Translations under genes and position numbers: made by a program
Notes under the pieces: model-generated
Databases searched by the model: none
Told to the model about the DNA's origin: nothing
Seen by the model: only the letters and a program-made list of their open reading frames with translations
Shown here: one piece after another, positions 1-12,762 of the stretch
How positions within the stretch are numbered: the stretch's first letter is position 1
Layout of the letters: the number at the start of each line of letters is the position of its first letter
From: Basidiobolus meristosporus CBS 931.73
Taxonomy: Eukaryota > Fungi > Basidiobolomycota
Reading direction: 5' to 3'
DNA length: 64,000 nt
Assembly (NCBI GenBank): GCA_002104905.1
Contig: MCFE01000196.1
Location: forward strand, 62,001 to 126,000

Positions 1-843
1 TTCTTGATGGCTGGTGTCCATTTCTTCTCTGAAGGTAATACTTTGCAATATGTCCCTGCTGGTGGCAATTGAGGCAAAGTCCTTTCTTCCTACATTCTTC
101 TGAGGTACAATTCTTCTGCATATCATCTATTTCCCTTGGCACTGCTTCTGATTGTCTTGTTTCATAAGGATTGTACACTCTGTGATGAGTCATTGTAGGC
201 TTACCAACTCCAAATATAGTTGGGTCTTAGTCAATGCCTATTGTCATGGCTTCTTCAATAGTCTGGGGTCTTCAATAGTTCACTTCCTTGCAAGTTCTTT
301 CTTTTGACTCACCAATAAAGTATTCTACTTGATCCAGGGGGTTCATTCTTTCAATTGGTTTAAGTAGACATCTATATTTGTAGATGTACTCTTGAACCAT
401 TCCTTTCTGCTGGAATGTCTTCAGCTTTCTTTGTAGTAGTGTTTGCTGGCATGGAGGTTTGAAAGCATCCTGATTTCTGACACAAACTCATCACAGGCTG
501 AGATTGCAGAGCATCCCATCATGGTGGCTGACCAGATCTTCTTGTGGTGCCACTGTTAAGCTGCATCTGCCAGTTTAGAGGCTGCATAATATCACTTACT
601 TTCTGGAGCAATTCCCTTGGCCTTGAAAGCTTCTTTAATCTGGAAGAGCCAAGTTCCCAGGTTTTCATTGACTCTACCATGGTACCGGTTAACCTTCACA
701 CTAAAGCTACTCTTGACAGGGTTTTGCTGGCTTTGGGCCATGGTAGCTGTCCCTTGTTGCTGCTGGCTAAGGATCTGGAGTAACTGTTGCTGTTGGGCCA
801 GGATTTGCTGCATAGCATTCTTCCATTCTAGAATTTTGGACAT
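1..843 (-). pseudogene. Degenerate gag of a Ty3/Gypsy-like LTR element (family A), running off the window start
   Basis: ORF 843-592 (VNRYHGRVNENLGTWLFQIKEAF) continues through frameshifts into gag-like text (LQRKLKTFQQKGMVQEYIYKY...VEYFIG); it lies directly downstream of an LTR and PBS on the minus strand. Confidence 0.6.
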
Positions 844-889
844 CTTGAGGGAGGCTTCTTCTGTAGTTGGGAGGGAGGATTATGTAATT

Positions 890-899
890 GCTGCCACCA
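890..899 (-). other. Primer-binding site TGGTGGCAGC of family A, complementary to a tRNA-Leu-type 3' end
   Basis: Starts 1 nt after the LTR end (...TGTAACA) on the minus strand and begins with TGG (anti-CCA). The tRNA assignment is from recall of eukaryotic tRNA-Leu 3' ends. Confidence 0.55.
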
Positions 900-900
900 A

Positions 901-1260
901 TGTTACAAGTCTTGGCATAAGAGTTGTAGAGGAATAGGGAGTTTAGCTAGTATTGTATTCACTAAAGCTTGAACTGATTTTTACTGAGGTTCCAGCAGCT
1001 CCTTATATACATTATTTCCAGATCAATTGCTGACTGATTGTACTTCCTAATATAGGTTGTGGCTAATGACTCATTGGATAGCATTATCATCACCCAATCA
1101 GATCCTACTTAATATATCTATTCCTGTCTGAGAAGGATCTGCTGATTCATCTGCTGCTAAAGTTACTGATTTGATAGATTACACTGATATACTGATAGGA
1201 TAAACATATAACTAATTGATCTGACTACAAACTGATCAAACTCAAACATTCAAGCGGTAG
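901..1260 (-). repeat. LTR of family A, truncated at its right end
   Basis: Colinear with the solo LTR at 16089-16457; both start TGTTACAAGTCTTG. This copy lacks the TGTAACA right end. Confidence 0.8.
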
Positions 1261-1319
1261 AACCTTTCACCATTGCACCTAATTGCCCCACAATAAATTA
1301 GTGTGAGCTGTCAGGAAAC

Positions 1320-2130
1320 TTGTCAACTCTGGCAGTGGTGATGGTATGAAAGCCATTTAATGATCATTTGCTGGTCTTTTATCAGGCATAATGCATTTGC
1401 TACACACTCATCTCTCCAAGTACTTTTGGAAGCCTGCACCTTCACTGAGATTCTGAATTGACTACTTGACTAAGTGCCTGAAGAGTGCATATTATTATTG
1501 TCACAATCTCCTGACATCTTTGATGTATCATGATCCGGTTAAATCAAATTGGTGAAATAACCCTGGTTCATTCTATAAAGTTGTACTCCATTCTCATAAC
1601 TTCTTGAGAGCTCCAATCCAGCATTACACAATGGAATATTATATTGAAGCATCCTATTTAAGTATATATAGCTTTATTCCATATATAGTAGTGGCATAAC
1701 ATATGACCTGGTCACATGATCAGCTGACACCTGCCATATCCCCATGTGATGTTCAACTCTGTTCTTTGGTGTATTTCATAACATCATCATTGCCAATATT
1801 AGCAAGTATGCGGTTAGCTCATACCAAAGTTCTAATGAGCCAATAAGTTAGATGCAGTGGCTGATACAATAGATTGGATGGCCCAGAGAAATCCGGAAGT
1901 AGTCTTGAGACAGGATGAATGGATAACACATTTAGAGCATTCAATATCCCAGGTAGAGAATGCAGTATCTTAAATGCAAAGAAGGTACTCAAGTAGTTAA
2001 ATGTCACAGTCAAAATTTTAGCCATGTTCTAATGCTGCAGCAGAGGAACACTGCACAGTCTTTGAAGCACTACAACAGCTTGAAGAGTAAATAAGTCAAA
2101 AGCATTATTCTGAGCACATATGTAAGATTG
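1320..2130. repeat. Rearranged, diverged copy of unclassified repeat family Y
   Basis: 1330-1500 (+) matches ~19785-19950 (+), while 1775-2130 (-) matches ~19500-19790 (+). Antisense ORFs 1819-2025 and 19469-19801 are visibly homologous. Confidence 0.65.
1526..1773 (+). repeat. Truncated LTR of Gypsy family B
   Basis: Starts TATCATGATC (cf. TGTCATGATC at 12763) and shares CACATGATCAGCTGAC...CCATGTGATGTTC...CTTTGGT with 12763-13291. Confidence 0.65.
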
Positions 2131-2383
2131 AGCAAGATAAATAGTAACTGTGGCCTACTACAGGCATGAAGGTAGAAATTATTGTGCCTGATTGTGCTGT
2201 AGAGTGTCAGATCAGTCTAGCACTCTAAAGTGAAATAAGCTATGTTGCAATATCCAATAGAACAAGTCTAATGAGCAACTAACTACCACATTTGTTGTGG
2301 ATGCCTGTTGACCTAGTCTCCCTTGAACAGAATGACTGCTTGTCTGCTATAATGCTATTACTAGAGAAAGTGAGAATGGTAAC

Positions 2384-5300
2384 TGTTGAAATATTGGACT
2401 ATTTGGTATCATTCAGCAGCTAAAAATTTACTTAACAATTCTAGGCTAGTCTTAGTCACTGTAGGACTCATTTACTGCCTTAACTTTGCCACTTTCTCCA
2501 GATATATGATCTTATGATTATTCCCCTATAGTCAGGATCAAATCAGCACTATTACCAAACATTATGTACTGACCCTGAAGCTGTTACAGAATGCTCCTGA
2601 ATATTGAGAAACCCTCCCTACTTAGTGTTGCAGCTGTATTACTTCTACAAAGGTATAAATACTGAGCTTCTTTATGAATAAACAACAGTTCAACTATTAT
2701 CACTATTTCTTGATAAGTTCCTTATATCCAAATCACTTCTTAAATTGCAACAGGTTATGAGCCCCGGTTGCCTTAATCTATTCTAAAGATGACTTCTACC
2801 AGCAAACAAAGCAATACCAACATCTTCCCTGTAAAGGAGAGGTTTGATGGGAAGAACTACAGACTTTGGAGAATCAAGATGCAGATCCACCTTGAGGAAA
2901 GAAAGCTTTGGAACATAGTAACAGGAAAGGAAGTTGAGCCCAAAGGAACAGCAGAAGATGTGGAGAAGTTTCAAGAGAAGGAGAGAAAGGCCTTCAATGC
3001 AATATGCATCAATGTGCAAGACTCCTTCATTGGACAAATCCATGCCTGAAATACTGCCAAAGCAGCATGGGAATCCTTAGAGAAGATCTTTAGAGCAAAG
3101 TCAGTATCAAGCAAGCTTTATTTGAAACAAAAGTTCTTCAACATGAGAAAAAAGCCAGATGATGACATGCTACAACTCATTACCAGAATGGAGACACTTG
3201 CAGAAGAACTTTACAGTATTAATGCTGGTGTAGATGATGAAGAAAAGATACTCTGTCTGCTTTGCAGCCTACCAGACGAGTATGAGCCACTCATACTTTC
3301 TTTTGAAAGCAGAGAAGACAACTTGACTTTAGACTATGTCAAAGGAAGACTTCTCCATGAAGAGCTCAGATGTAATGATCAAGCAGAGAAAATTGAGGAT
3401 AATGCTTTATTCAGTTCAGAAAGGCATACAGAAAAGAAGGGAAAGCAACAAAACCGAAGAAAACCTGGCTGCTGTAACTACTGTAAGAAGCCAGGACACT
3501 GGGCAAGAGAATGCAAGAAGAAACAAGCAGACAAAAAACAGAAACTAGAGCAGGCAAACCATATAACTACTGATGAACAGTTATTTGTCACTGTACAAGA
3601 GAGTGCAAATAACCGATGTAATGAATGGTATATTGACTCTGGAGCATCACAGCATATTTGTGGTATAAAGGATTGGTTCAGCAACTTAAAGACTATTCCC
3701 GTAAGAAAGGTTTATCTGGGAGATAACTCTGCATTGGAAGCTACCGCCAGTGGGTCTATACAACTAAATATGAGTGATAACTCAGGGGCAACAACAGCAA
3801 AACTGACTGACGTACTCTATGTACCTTGAATAGCTAAGAACCTACTCTCAGTCAGTAAAGCAACTACTCAGGGACTGAAATTTGTTTTTACTAAGCTGAG
3901 CTGCTCAATATTGAGTGAAAATGGACAAAAATTAGCTTCAGGAATTAGAGATCACAATATATACAAGTTACAATGCAAGATCATTGTACCTGAGTATGTC
4001 AACATTGCTGAAACTGATGAAACCAACTGGGAGACATGGCATAGGAGGCTAGGACACATAGGGGAACAGAAAATGAGCCAATTGGTGAAAAATCTGCTTG
4101 TTTTGGGCCTAAATTACTCAATTCCAATCAAATTGAATGTTTGTAAGGGATGTTCATATGGCAAACAAGCTAGGCAACGTTTCAAGAGCTCAGAAGGCAT
4201 CAATACCACCGAAAAACTGGCTATTGTACACTCAGACATATGTGGCCCCATGAGAACACTGTCCTTTGGAGCCAAGAGATACTTTATGACGTTTATTGAG
4301 GACAAGACAAGATATACATGGGTGTACTTCCTCAAAACAAAGGATGAAGCTTTAGAGACGTTTAAGCACTTCAAGAACATGGCAGAAACACAAACTGGGT
4401 GTAAATTGAAGGTACTACAAAGTGACAATGGAGGAGAATACTGCTCAAAGGAGTTTGCAAAATACTGCTTGTCTACTGGTATACTTCAACAGACCACAGT
4501 TCCTCATACTCCACAGCAAAATGGAGTAGCAGAACGTGCAAATAGAACAATAGTAGAGATGGGAAGATCTATGCTACATGATAAGGGAATAGACTACAAG
4601 TTTTGGGCTAAATCTGTTGCTACCGCTGTATACATCTAGAACAGATGCCCAACAACAGCACTACGTGATTCTACACCCTTTGAAGCATATACAGGCAAAA
4701 AACCAGATCTCCAGCACCTCAGGATCTTTGGCAGTAATGTTTTTTGTCACATCCCTGACAAAAAACGCTCAAAGTTGGAACCAAAGAGTAGAAAAGGGAT
4801 CTTTCTTGGGTATTGTGAAGATACTAAAGGGTATAGAGTGTATTATGGCAAAATTCAGAAGCTGATCAAGAGCAGGGAAGTTGTATTTGAGGAGAATTCA
4901 GATCAGAAAGCCACGGAAATCATTGGCCAGCTGCCTGATGATGCAATCAACACAAATGAAGAAGATACGTACCAAATCCAGCCAGAGATGGAAGATACTT
5001 CTACCAGTTCCAGATCAGAACAGATTATCCCAGTTAGGAGATCTACCAGAATAAGAAATGCCCCTGGATCCTGGTGGCAGACATCCAATGATCATGAAGA
5101 AGCTTATCTTGCTTTATGTGCCAAACCTCAGAATCTAGAACAGGCAATGCAAGGTCCAGATGCTACTAAGTGGCAACAAGCCATACAGGAGGAGTACCAA
5201 TCACTGATCAAGGCAAAAATGTGGGAACTGGTAGATATACCAAATGGGAGAAAGCCAACAGGATGTAGATGGGTCTACAAGATCAAGATAACCTCAAATG

Positions 5301-7068
5301 GTGCCATTGATAAGTACAAGGCTAGATTGGTAGCTAAAGGCTATTCCCAGATCCAGGGACTAGACTTTAAGGAAACATTTGCTCTGGTTGCCAAGTTTAA
5401 CTCTATTAGGACAGTTCTAGCCCTGGCAGCTGTACACAGTCTAGATCTACACCAAATGGACATCAAAACAGCCTTTCTAAATGGGGATTTGCAAGAAACT
5501 ATATATATGGAGCAACCAGAAGGTTTTACCAATCCAAAAAGCCCCCATAAGGTGTGCAAACTTAGAAAATCGTTGTATGGGCTTAAGCAGGCACCCAGAG
5601 CATGGTATAACAAGATTGACACCTATCTAGAGGAAATTGGGTTCTCTTGTAGCACTGCAGATCACAGTATATATGTGAAACAGCTCCAAAAGGGTGTGAT
5701 CATCCTAGTTCTTTATGTGGACGACCTAATTATAGCTACAAGTGATCAAGAGGCACTTAAACAGATGAAATCAGATCTCTTCAGCAAGTTTGAGATGAAA
5801 GATCTTGGAAAATTGAGCTATTTTCTTGGAATTGAGGTCAAGCTTGACATACCTATGCAGAAAGTTGTGCCAAATCAGTCTAAGTACATCAGGGACATTC
5901 TTAGACGCTTCAAAATGGAAAATTGCAAGCCTGCAGCAACCCCAATGGACAATAACCTGAAATTAAGCAAATCTCAGCCAGTTATAGATGAAAACGGCTC
6001 AAATATGGACCAAAACTTTCCCTATCAATCACTGGTTGGTAGCCTAATGTACTTGATGGTGTCTACACGTCCAGATATTGCAGTAGCAGTTGGAATATTC
6101 AGTCAATTCATGCAGAATTATGGATCAGATCAAATTGCAGCAGTTAAGCGGATTTTCAGATATTAACAAGGTACCATAAATATGGTACTGGAATACTCTG
6201 GAGCAGCTAATAGGCAAAAATTTGATGGTTATAGTGATTCAAATTGGGGTAGAGATCTGATTGACAGACGCTTTACCACAGGCTATGTATTTCTTTATGC
6301 TGGTGCAGCTATTACTTGGAATTGCAAGAAACAACCAACTGTGGCACTATCTACAACTGAAGCCAAATATATGGCTGCATGTCAAGCAACCAAGGAGGCT
6401 ATATGGCTACAAAAATTACTCAAAGACTTAGGTTTAATTCAGGTGAACCAACATGTATTTACCAGGATAATCAAAGTTGTATTTCATTAGCTAGAAATCC
6501 TACTAATCATGCCAGAACTAAGCACATTGATATACAGCATCATTTTGTGAGGGAAGCTGTAGAAAATAACTTAGTGGAGCTGGTTTACTGCCCGACTGAC
6601 AAAATGGTGGCAGACATATTGACAAAACCATTAGCTAGGCCACAGTTTGAGATCCTTAGAGAGAAATTGGGATTAAGAAATTATTTAGTTGAGGGGAAGT
6701 GTTGAAATATTGGACTATTTGATATCATTCAGCAGCTAAAAATTTACTTAACAATTCTAGGCTAGTCTTAGTCACTGTAGGACTCATTTACTGCCTTAAC
6801 TTTGCCACTTTCTCCAGATATATGATCTTATGATTATTCCCCTATAGTCAGGATCAATTTAGCACTATTACCAAACATTATGTACTGACCCTGAAGCTGT
6901 TACAGAATGCTCCTGAATATTGAGAAACCCTCCCTACTTAGTGTTGCAGCTGTATTACTTCTACAAAGGTATAAATACTGAGCTTCTTTATGAATAAACA
7001 ACAGTTCAACTATTATCACTATTTCTTGATAAGTTCCTTATATCCAAATCACTTCTTAAATTGCAACA
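2384..7068 (+). mobile_element. Full-length Ty1/Copia LTR retrotransposon (family D), the youngest insertion in the window
   Basis: 369-bp LTRs 2384-2752 and 6700-7068 (TGTTG...CAACA; three substitutions seen); 5-bp TSD GTAAC on both sides; PBS GGTTATGAGCCCC at 2753; PPT GAGGGGAAG at 6691-6699; gag-PR-IN-RT-RH order. Confidence 0.97.
2789..6705 (+). pseudogene. Interrupted Copia gag-pol
   Basis: CNYCKKPGHWAREC knuckle, WYIDSGASQH protease, HRRLGH/CKGC and SDNGGEY...QQNGVAER integrase, LYVDDL RT, YSDSNW...ADILTK RNase H. Stops at 3047-49, 3827-29, 4637-39 and 6164-66, and a frameshift near 6450. Confidence 0.95.
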
Positions 7069-7169
7069 GTAACATTCAGGAAACATAGTCCAGCTAATAT
7101 TATAATAGTACTCTTCTGAAAATTTCTTGCTTTTTTTCTTACGGAGGCTACTATTTTAGGTCGTTGAAC

Positions 7170-8450
7170 TCTCTTAAACTTAACTCTTTAAGTACTGCTT
7201 CAAATGAGTTGTAGCTTGAAATATTTGCAGGCTATTGAGTGTTCTGCAAGACATATATTCTAGAATGGATCGCTTCTCAGTATATTTCATTTCTGCTCCT
7301 CAATGTTGGATATTCTTGATCTTACATTTGGGAGTTAAAATATTATATGACAAAATAAGATAGTGGATACAATACTGGTTTGAGATATTGTAGTAATGGA
7401 GTACTTCTCACTACTGCAGCACACCTTTTGACTCTTGAAGGGACTTACGTAAACTTTGCCTGAGACTCACATGCTGTTACCTTGATGAGTCCTGGGTATA
7501 TTGCTCTCAGAAGTCACCTACCTCCACCAGTATATCAGGCTTTATATTAGTCACTTGAGGCAAAACCTTGATCATAGTCTCTTTGGTTCTCAAAGCTGAG
7601 GCACAAACAGACACAGTGCATCACAATAGCTATAAGGGTACACTTGTATGTGTGAGGTATGTATACCCTACTGTATCAGACTGAACTTGCAAGCTTGGGG
7701 ATAAATTTTGTCTGTGTTGTACCAAGGAAGGGTTGCAATTGGGTAGAGGGATCCTAATGATGGACTTGGATACTTATAAAGCAGTATATGGGCAGCAATT
7801 TGATCTCATACAAAATAAATATGAATACTAATGTGATCGATGAGTTTTTCATAAAGCAAACTTGTTCCATTGTACCATGCTAAGGTGTGAAGCACCATCT
7901 GCAGCTATTAAGAGCAATGAGGTGTATTGCTGTAGCTACCAGTATGTGAGACAACTCTTAGACAATTTTGCACAATGTGAGACAATCTTACACACTATGG
8001 CACAATCTTACATAATGAGGTGGCATGGAAGAATGCACCAACTTATAATGTTGGCATCAAGTGTGCCACAGGATATTACTATTATGGTAGCTAAAATCCT
8101 GTGTTTAGATTTATTTCTTTATTGTAGGGAGGTGTCTGAATTCCATCATGTTTTGGTCATATAAAACACTTGAATGTATTGGCTGGATTAGTTTGCTTCA
8201 GTAAGTGTAGGCCACAGTTAGACCATCAAAAGGTCATGCAATTTTTGCCAAAGACTGTTACAATACTGCCAAGACTTTAGCTTTATTTTGGCAATGAAAT
8301 TAGCAAAATGACATCACAATCTTGTTGTATTCTAAGCTGCTGGCACTATGATGGACTCATTGCATGATCCTGATGGCCAGTCTGGATTGGATCCACCCTT
8401 GGACAGAATTTTCTCATAGGGGAAGTCCTTGCTCATTGAGAAGAACAGCA
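7170..8450 (+). repeat. Diverged copy of unclassified repeat family X
   Basis: 7170-7420 aligns with ~26545-26790 (TTAAGTACTGCTTCAAATGAG...GAGATATTGTAGTAATGGA); 8265-8450 aligns with ~27190-27380 (AAATTAGCAAAATG...CAAGCTGCTGG...GATTGGATCCACC). Confidence 0.65.
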
Positions 8451-9176
8451 CTGCACTGATCCCTGTATCTAGACTGGGCACAGTCAGGCAGAAGATGCAA
8501 GAAATCAGCTGTTGCATCCTTGCAAGGCCTTGAGACCCCCCTGTTTTGTTGCATACTTGCCATTGATAAGTAACACTTATGTTAAGATATTTGGAGACCT
8601 GGTATAATCTGCAATAGCACCAGAAGTAGTACTCTCAATCACAGGACAAAGAAATTCAAAAGCACCTCAAGCTGCACTTTTAAGAAGGAACAATTGCAGG
8701 GAAGATTTGCAAGCATACTAACAACACTGGCTAGTTGACCCAATTGATCCACCAAGTTGCTGTATTACAACTGTGATAGTGGCTTGCCAAAGGGCAACTC
8801 AATAGCCAGTACAAAGTTCAGCTCAAAGAATCTGAAGAAACTGCCACAGACTCTGAAGGTACCATGAGGCAAGTGAGGAAATGCCTTGATTGCTCCATAG
8901 TCTCTACAGAAGGACTACATTACATCTCTGAAGAAGCAAAAACTGATTACCAATAATGGATAACTGCCAAGAAAATATATGCCCTCTTCAAAAGGGGCTC
9001 CACCATCATGTTGAATACATCTAGGACAGGCGCCAATAACACTTGCAGCATGAAGAAGCAAGACTTGCATTACTACATCTTGTAATGTTCTCCAATCCCA
9101 AAAGCAAAATTGACCCTGGAAAAACAAGTTGGTCATATATCTTTGATGACAAAGCTTCCCCTTGACCCCTGAGATA

Positions 9177-9955
9177 TGTGAGCACTAAAAAGAGTGCTCT
9201 CTCCTAGCCCAAGAGTATCCCCAAAAGTTCCCCCCAGAGGCCTGCCTAAAGTCCACAAGTATCCTCCCTATGATACTTCAACAAGTCCTCCCCCCTATTC
9301 CTGTCCTTACCTATTCAGAACACTTACCATATCAAGAAGATACTCACACCCCTATTTTTTAACAAATTATCTATCACCTAAGCCCCTCTGATTGAGATAT
9401 ATATGTAGCTAGTTTAGTCAAGTTGAAGGGAGCAAATTTCAGTGTAACAGATGTGGGTTATTACTGACTGTACTTGGTGAGTGTGAGAGCTTGTAGATCA
9501 AGTCAGTACCACTTGGTTCAGATAGCTTCCAATAGAAGGTAGCAAGGTACTAAAGACTTGTGTGTATTCTGTCCAAATCTTCATGTCCCCTTTTGGTTCA
9601 ATTGGATAGATATATACATATCACTTGGGGGGCTTAGATAATAGAAAACATGTTATAAAATAGGGATGTGAACACCTTCCTGTTATGGTAGGTGTTCTAA
9701 CTAGATAAGGGCAGGGATAGGAGGGAGGATGCAGGGGGGATTTATAGAGAGGATACTGGGGGACTTTGGGTAGGACTTTGGGGAGAACTTTTGGGCAAAG
9801 AGTGGGTACTACATTTAGTACTCACAACAGACACCAGTCTTTATTACTATGCTCCCTTCTGTCAGAAGCTATACCAAACCAAGTGGGACTGACTTGATCT
9901 ACAAGCTCTCCCAAACACTAAGCATAGTCAGCAATAACCCATACCACTACTGACA
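9177..9955. repeat. Two interleaved inverted repeat pairs of LTR-like sequence (G+ H+ G- H-)
   Basis: 9177-~9440 is the reverse complement of ~9565-9826; 9443-~9565 is the reverse complement of 9827-9955. TGT/ACA ends and an AATAAAGAC-like motif are present. Confidence 0.6.
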
Positions 9956-10069
9956 ATGATGTTATAGTTACCATCCCAAATAGTCTGACAAACAAGCTTC
10001 AGGTCATCATATCAGTTCTAAGGTCCAGAACTGAAGATTTAACCTTAAATTTTGTGTATGGAATGCCTG

Positions 10070-10577
10070 TGTTATCAATAAACACAAGACAGGAGAGTAG
10101 CACTTGGTAAGGCTGTACCAGCAAAGGACTTGGGCATGGATCAACAATGCAAGACTGTTTATTCAATACCTGTGTTTATCAAGCTGAGGAATACATAAGG
10201 AGGGATAGAACTATGTATACTCTTTGGCAATATGAATGCCAAGAGATATTGGCTAATACTGATAAGGTTTTGGGGCAAGACACATCAATTGTGCCAAGAT
10301 AGAAATATATCAAAGAAAAACTAGAATATCACATGCAGATATGGCAGTGTCAGCTGATTGTTTGACATGATTATGTGATATTTGTCTACCATTTATGGTA
10401 TTTGACTATATAATCTCACACAGAAGCTTCCATGGAATATTCCAATTTGTAGCGCTGACTTGGAGCCTTCAAGAAGCTGCCAGAATATAGCAGGGGTTTT
10501 TACAAGGAACTGTGATTTCTCCACCAACCTGATTTGGTAGGATCATGAATGGTCAAGGATGTTATGTGATCATGATA
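10070..10577 (-). repeat. Solo LTR of Gypsy family B
   Basis: Reverse-complement similarity along its length to 12763-13291; inserted in Copia gag; no clean TSD recoverable. Confidence 0.7.
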
Positions 10578-12762
10578 GCTCCTGCATGAGGTTTTAGGAT
10601 AACCCAGCACCAACAAGAAGGAAGAAAATAATTTTAATAAGCAATGATTACCAACAAAGGAGGTACTCAAGAGCCTCTGAAGGCAACATCAGCCTGTTTT
10701 GCAACTACTGCAAATGGAACAAACACACAGCAGAATAGTGACTCAAATATTAGATAACCAGCAGAAAAACATGAATATGGAAATGCTGCAACAGTAGAAG
10801 ATAGAGTATTTATATCTGTACTGAATATGACCTCAAGCAAGGATTCTCAGAAATGATGTATTGACTCTGGAACATGTCTGCACCACCCAAAACCACATTT
10901 AATAAATATCAGGAAATTGCAATTGAGAAGGTTCTCACAGGTGATAATCATAGACAGGATGCAATTGGAAAAGGAGCCATCAAAGTAAACCTTAGAAGGA
11001 GTGAAAGAAGCTACACACTTAACCTCATAGAAGTACTCTACATTACAGAAAACTGCTAGACTTACTATCTGTAAGCAAGGACACAGCAGAAGAACTCAGT
11101 TGCAGTTTTTACAAGTCTGGATGCAGGAGCACTAATCAAGATGGTGCCTTTACTTTTTTTTGATATAGGAGATCATGACCTTTACTAGTTGACTCATATT
11201 CCACCATATCTGGAAGCCAATATAAGCTTAATTAAAAGAAGCAATACCAATACCTTGGTACATGAGATTTGGACAAATGAGTTTTGATTATTTGCACAAA
11301 ATGAACAACAATCAGCTAGCTTCCAAAGTAAAATCTTTTCCCCTGCATATTTGGAGCTCTGTAAAGCCTGTATTCATGGGATGCAAACAAGAGAATCATT
11401 CAAGAGCTTTTGTTAATCACACCTGAGTAAAAATTCAATTGCCACCACTCTAGTCTGTGTGGACCTATGCAAAATTTATCCTTATGCAGGATGAAGTATT
11501 TAATCACTTCTATTGATGATTATACAAGATGCATATGGGTGTACTTCATGGATAGAAAGGAAAAAGCTCTGTAGGAGCTCAAGATGCTTGATGCTGAGGT
11601 GGACAGAGAAAGTGGTGAAAAAGCTGAGAAAACAGGTCCAGAAAATGTTGGACAAATGCAAAATTCATGAGCTCAAGCAAGAGACTACTGTACTATACTC
11701 CCCACAGCAAAATGGAGAGGCAGATTGTGCCATTATATCAATGATTGATATGTCAAGATCTATGATTTATGATCCACACTTATCCTGCTAATTTTGGGTG
11801 GAATCAATTGTTGTAGCTATATATCTTAAGAACGGGAGTGACAGCACAATACTTTGTGATTCTACCCCATTTGAGGCATGACATGGTGTATACCAAGTGC
11901 AGAACATCTAAGAAAGCTTGAGTGTACAGCATATGCCAATAACTGCCTAGTAATCAGCCAAGATTTGGGCCAAGAGGTGTTAAATGCATACTATTGGGTT
12001 ACTGCAATTAGAGTAAATCAATACAACTCTAAAGTACCAAAGCAAACAAATCAATCAAGTCAAGGGATGTGTTGCTTGATGATATTCACAACTTTTACAC
12101 AAAAACAATAGATGACAACAAAAATATTATATCAAGTCCACAAATAATAAGTGATGAATGAGAGCAAAACAATGTAAAACATTGATGGAAAATCAAGCTT
12201 GGTACTTAGGAGAGCTACTGACCAAGCCAAAAATCAATTGGAAGCTGATGGTCCATTAAGAAAAATACAAGGCTGATGGTACAACTGAAAGATAGAAAAC
12301 AAGACTTGTGGCCAACAGATACTCTCAAACAAATGACTGGGCTATACTAAGATATTTGCACTGATGGCAAAGTTTAGTTCCATCAGACTCATATTGGCTA
12401 TTGCAGATAATAAAAGTTCTTACTTGGTAAATGGATGGAAAAACTCTAGTTTTGAACAAAGAACTTAATGTGGATGTGAACCTGAATTAGCCTGATGGAT
12501 TTGTTGGTCTGGATAACTTTCATTTGGTCTACAAGCTTAAACAATCTCCATATGTTCTGAAACAATCAGCAGGAGCCTGGAATTGCAAGACATATGCTTA
12601 TTTGGAATCTTGAATTTCTGTAGAGGTACTGCTGACCTCAGTATCTACTGTATGCCAGATCTTGCAGGTCCAATTTTATTAGCACTGTATGTGGATGATC
12701 TTACTATAGATATCAATAATCAAGAAATCTTGACAGAGACTAAATCTAGCCTATCCATGGAG

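Noticed and set aside
3047-3829. In-frame TGA codons in Copia pol as programmed readthrough or selenocysteine
   Set aside because: They fall at ordinary Arg positions (CGA to TGA) amid many other CpG-type changes; Copia elements do not recode at these sites.
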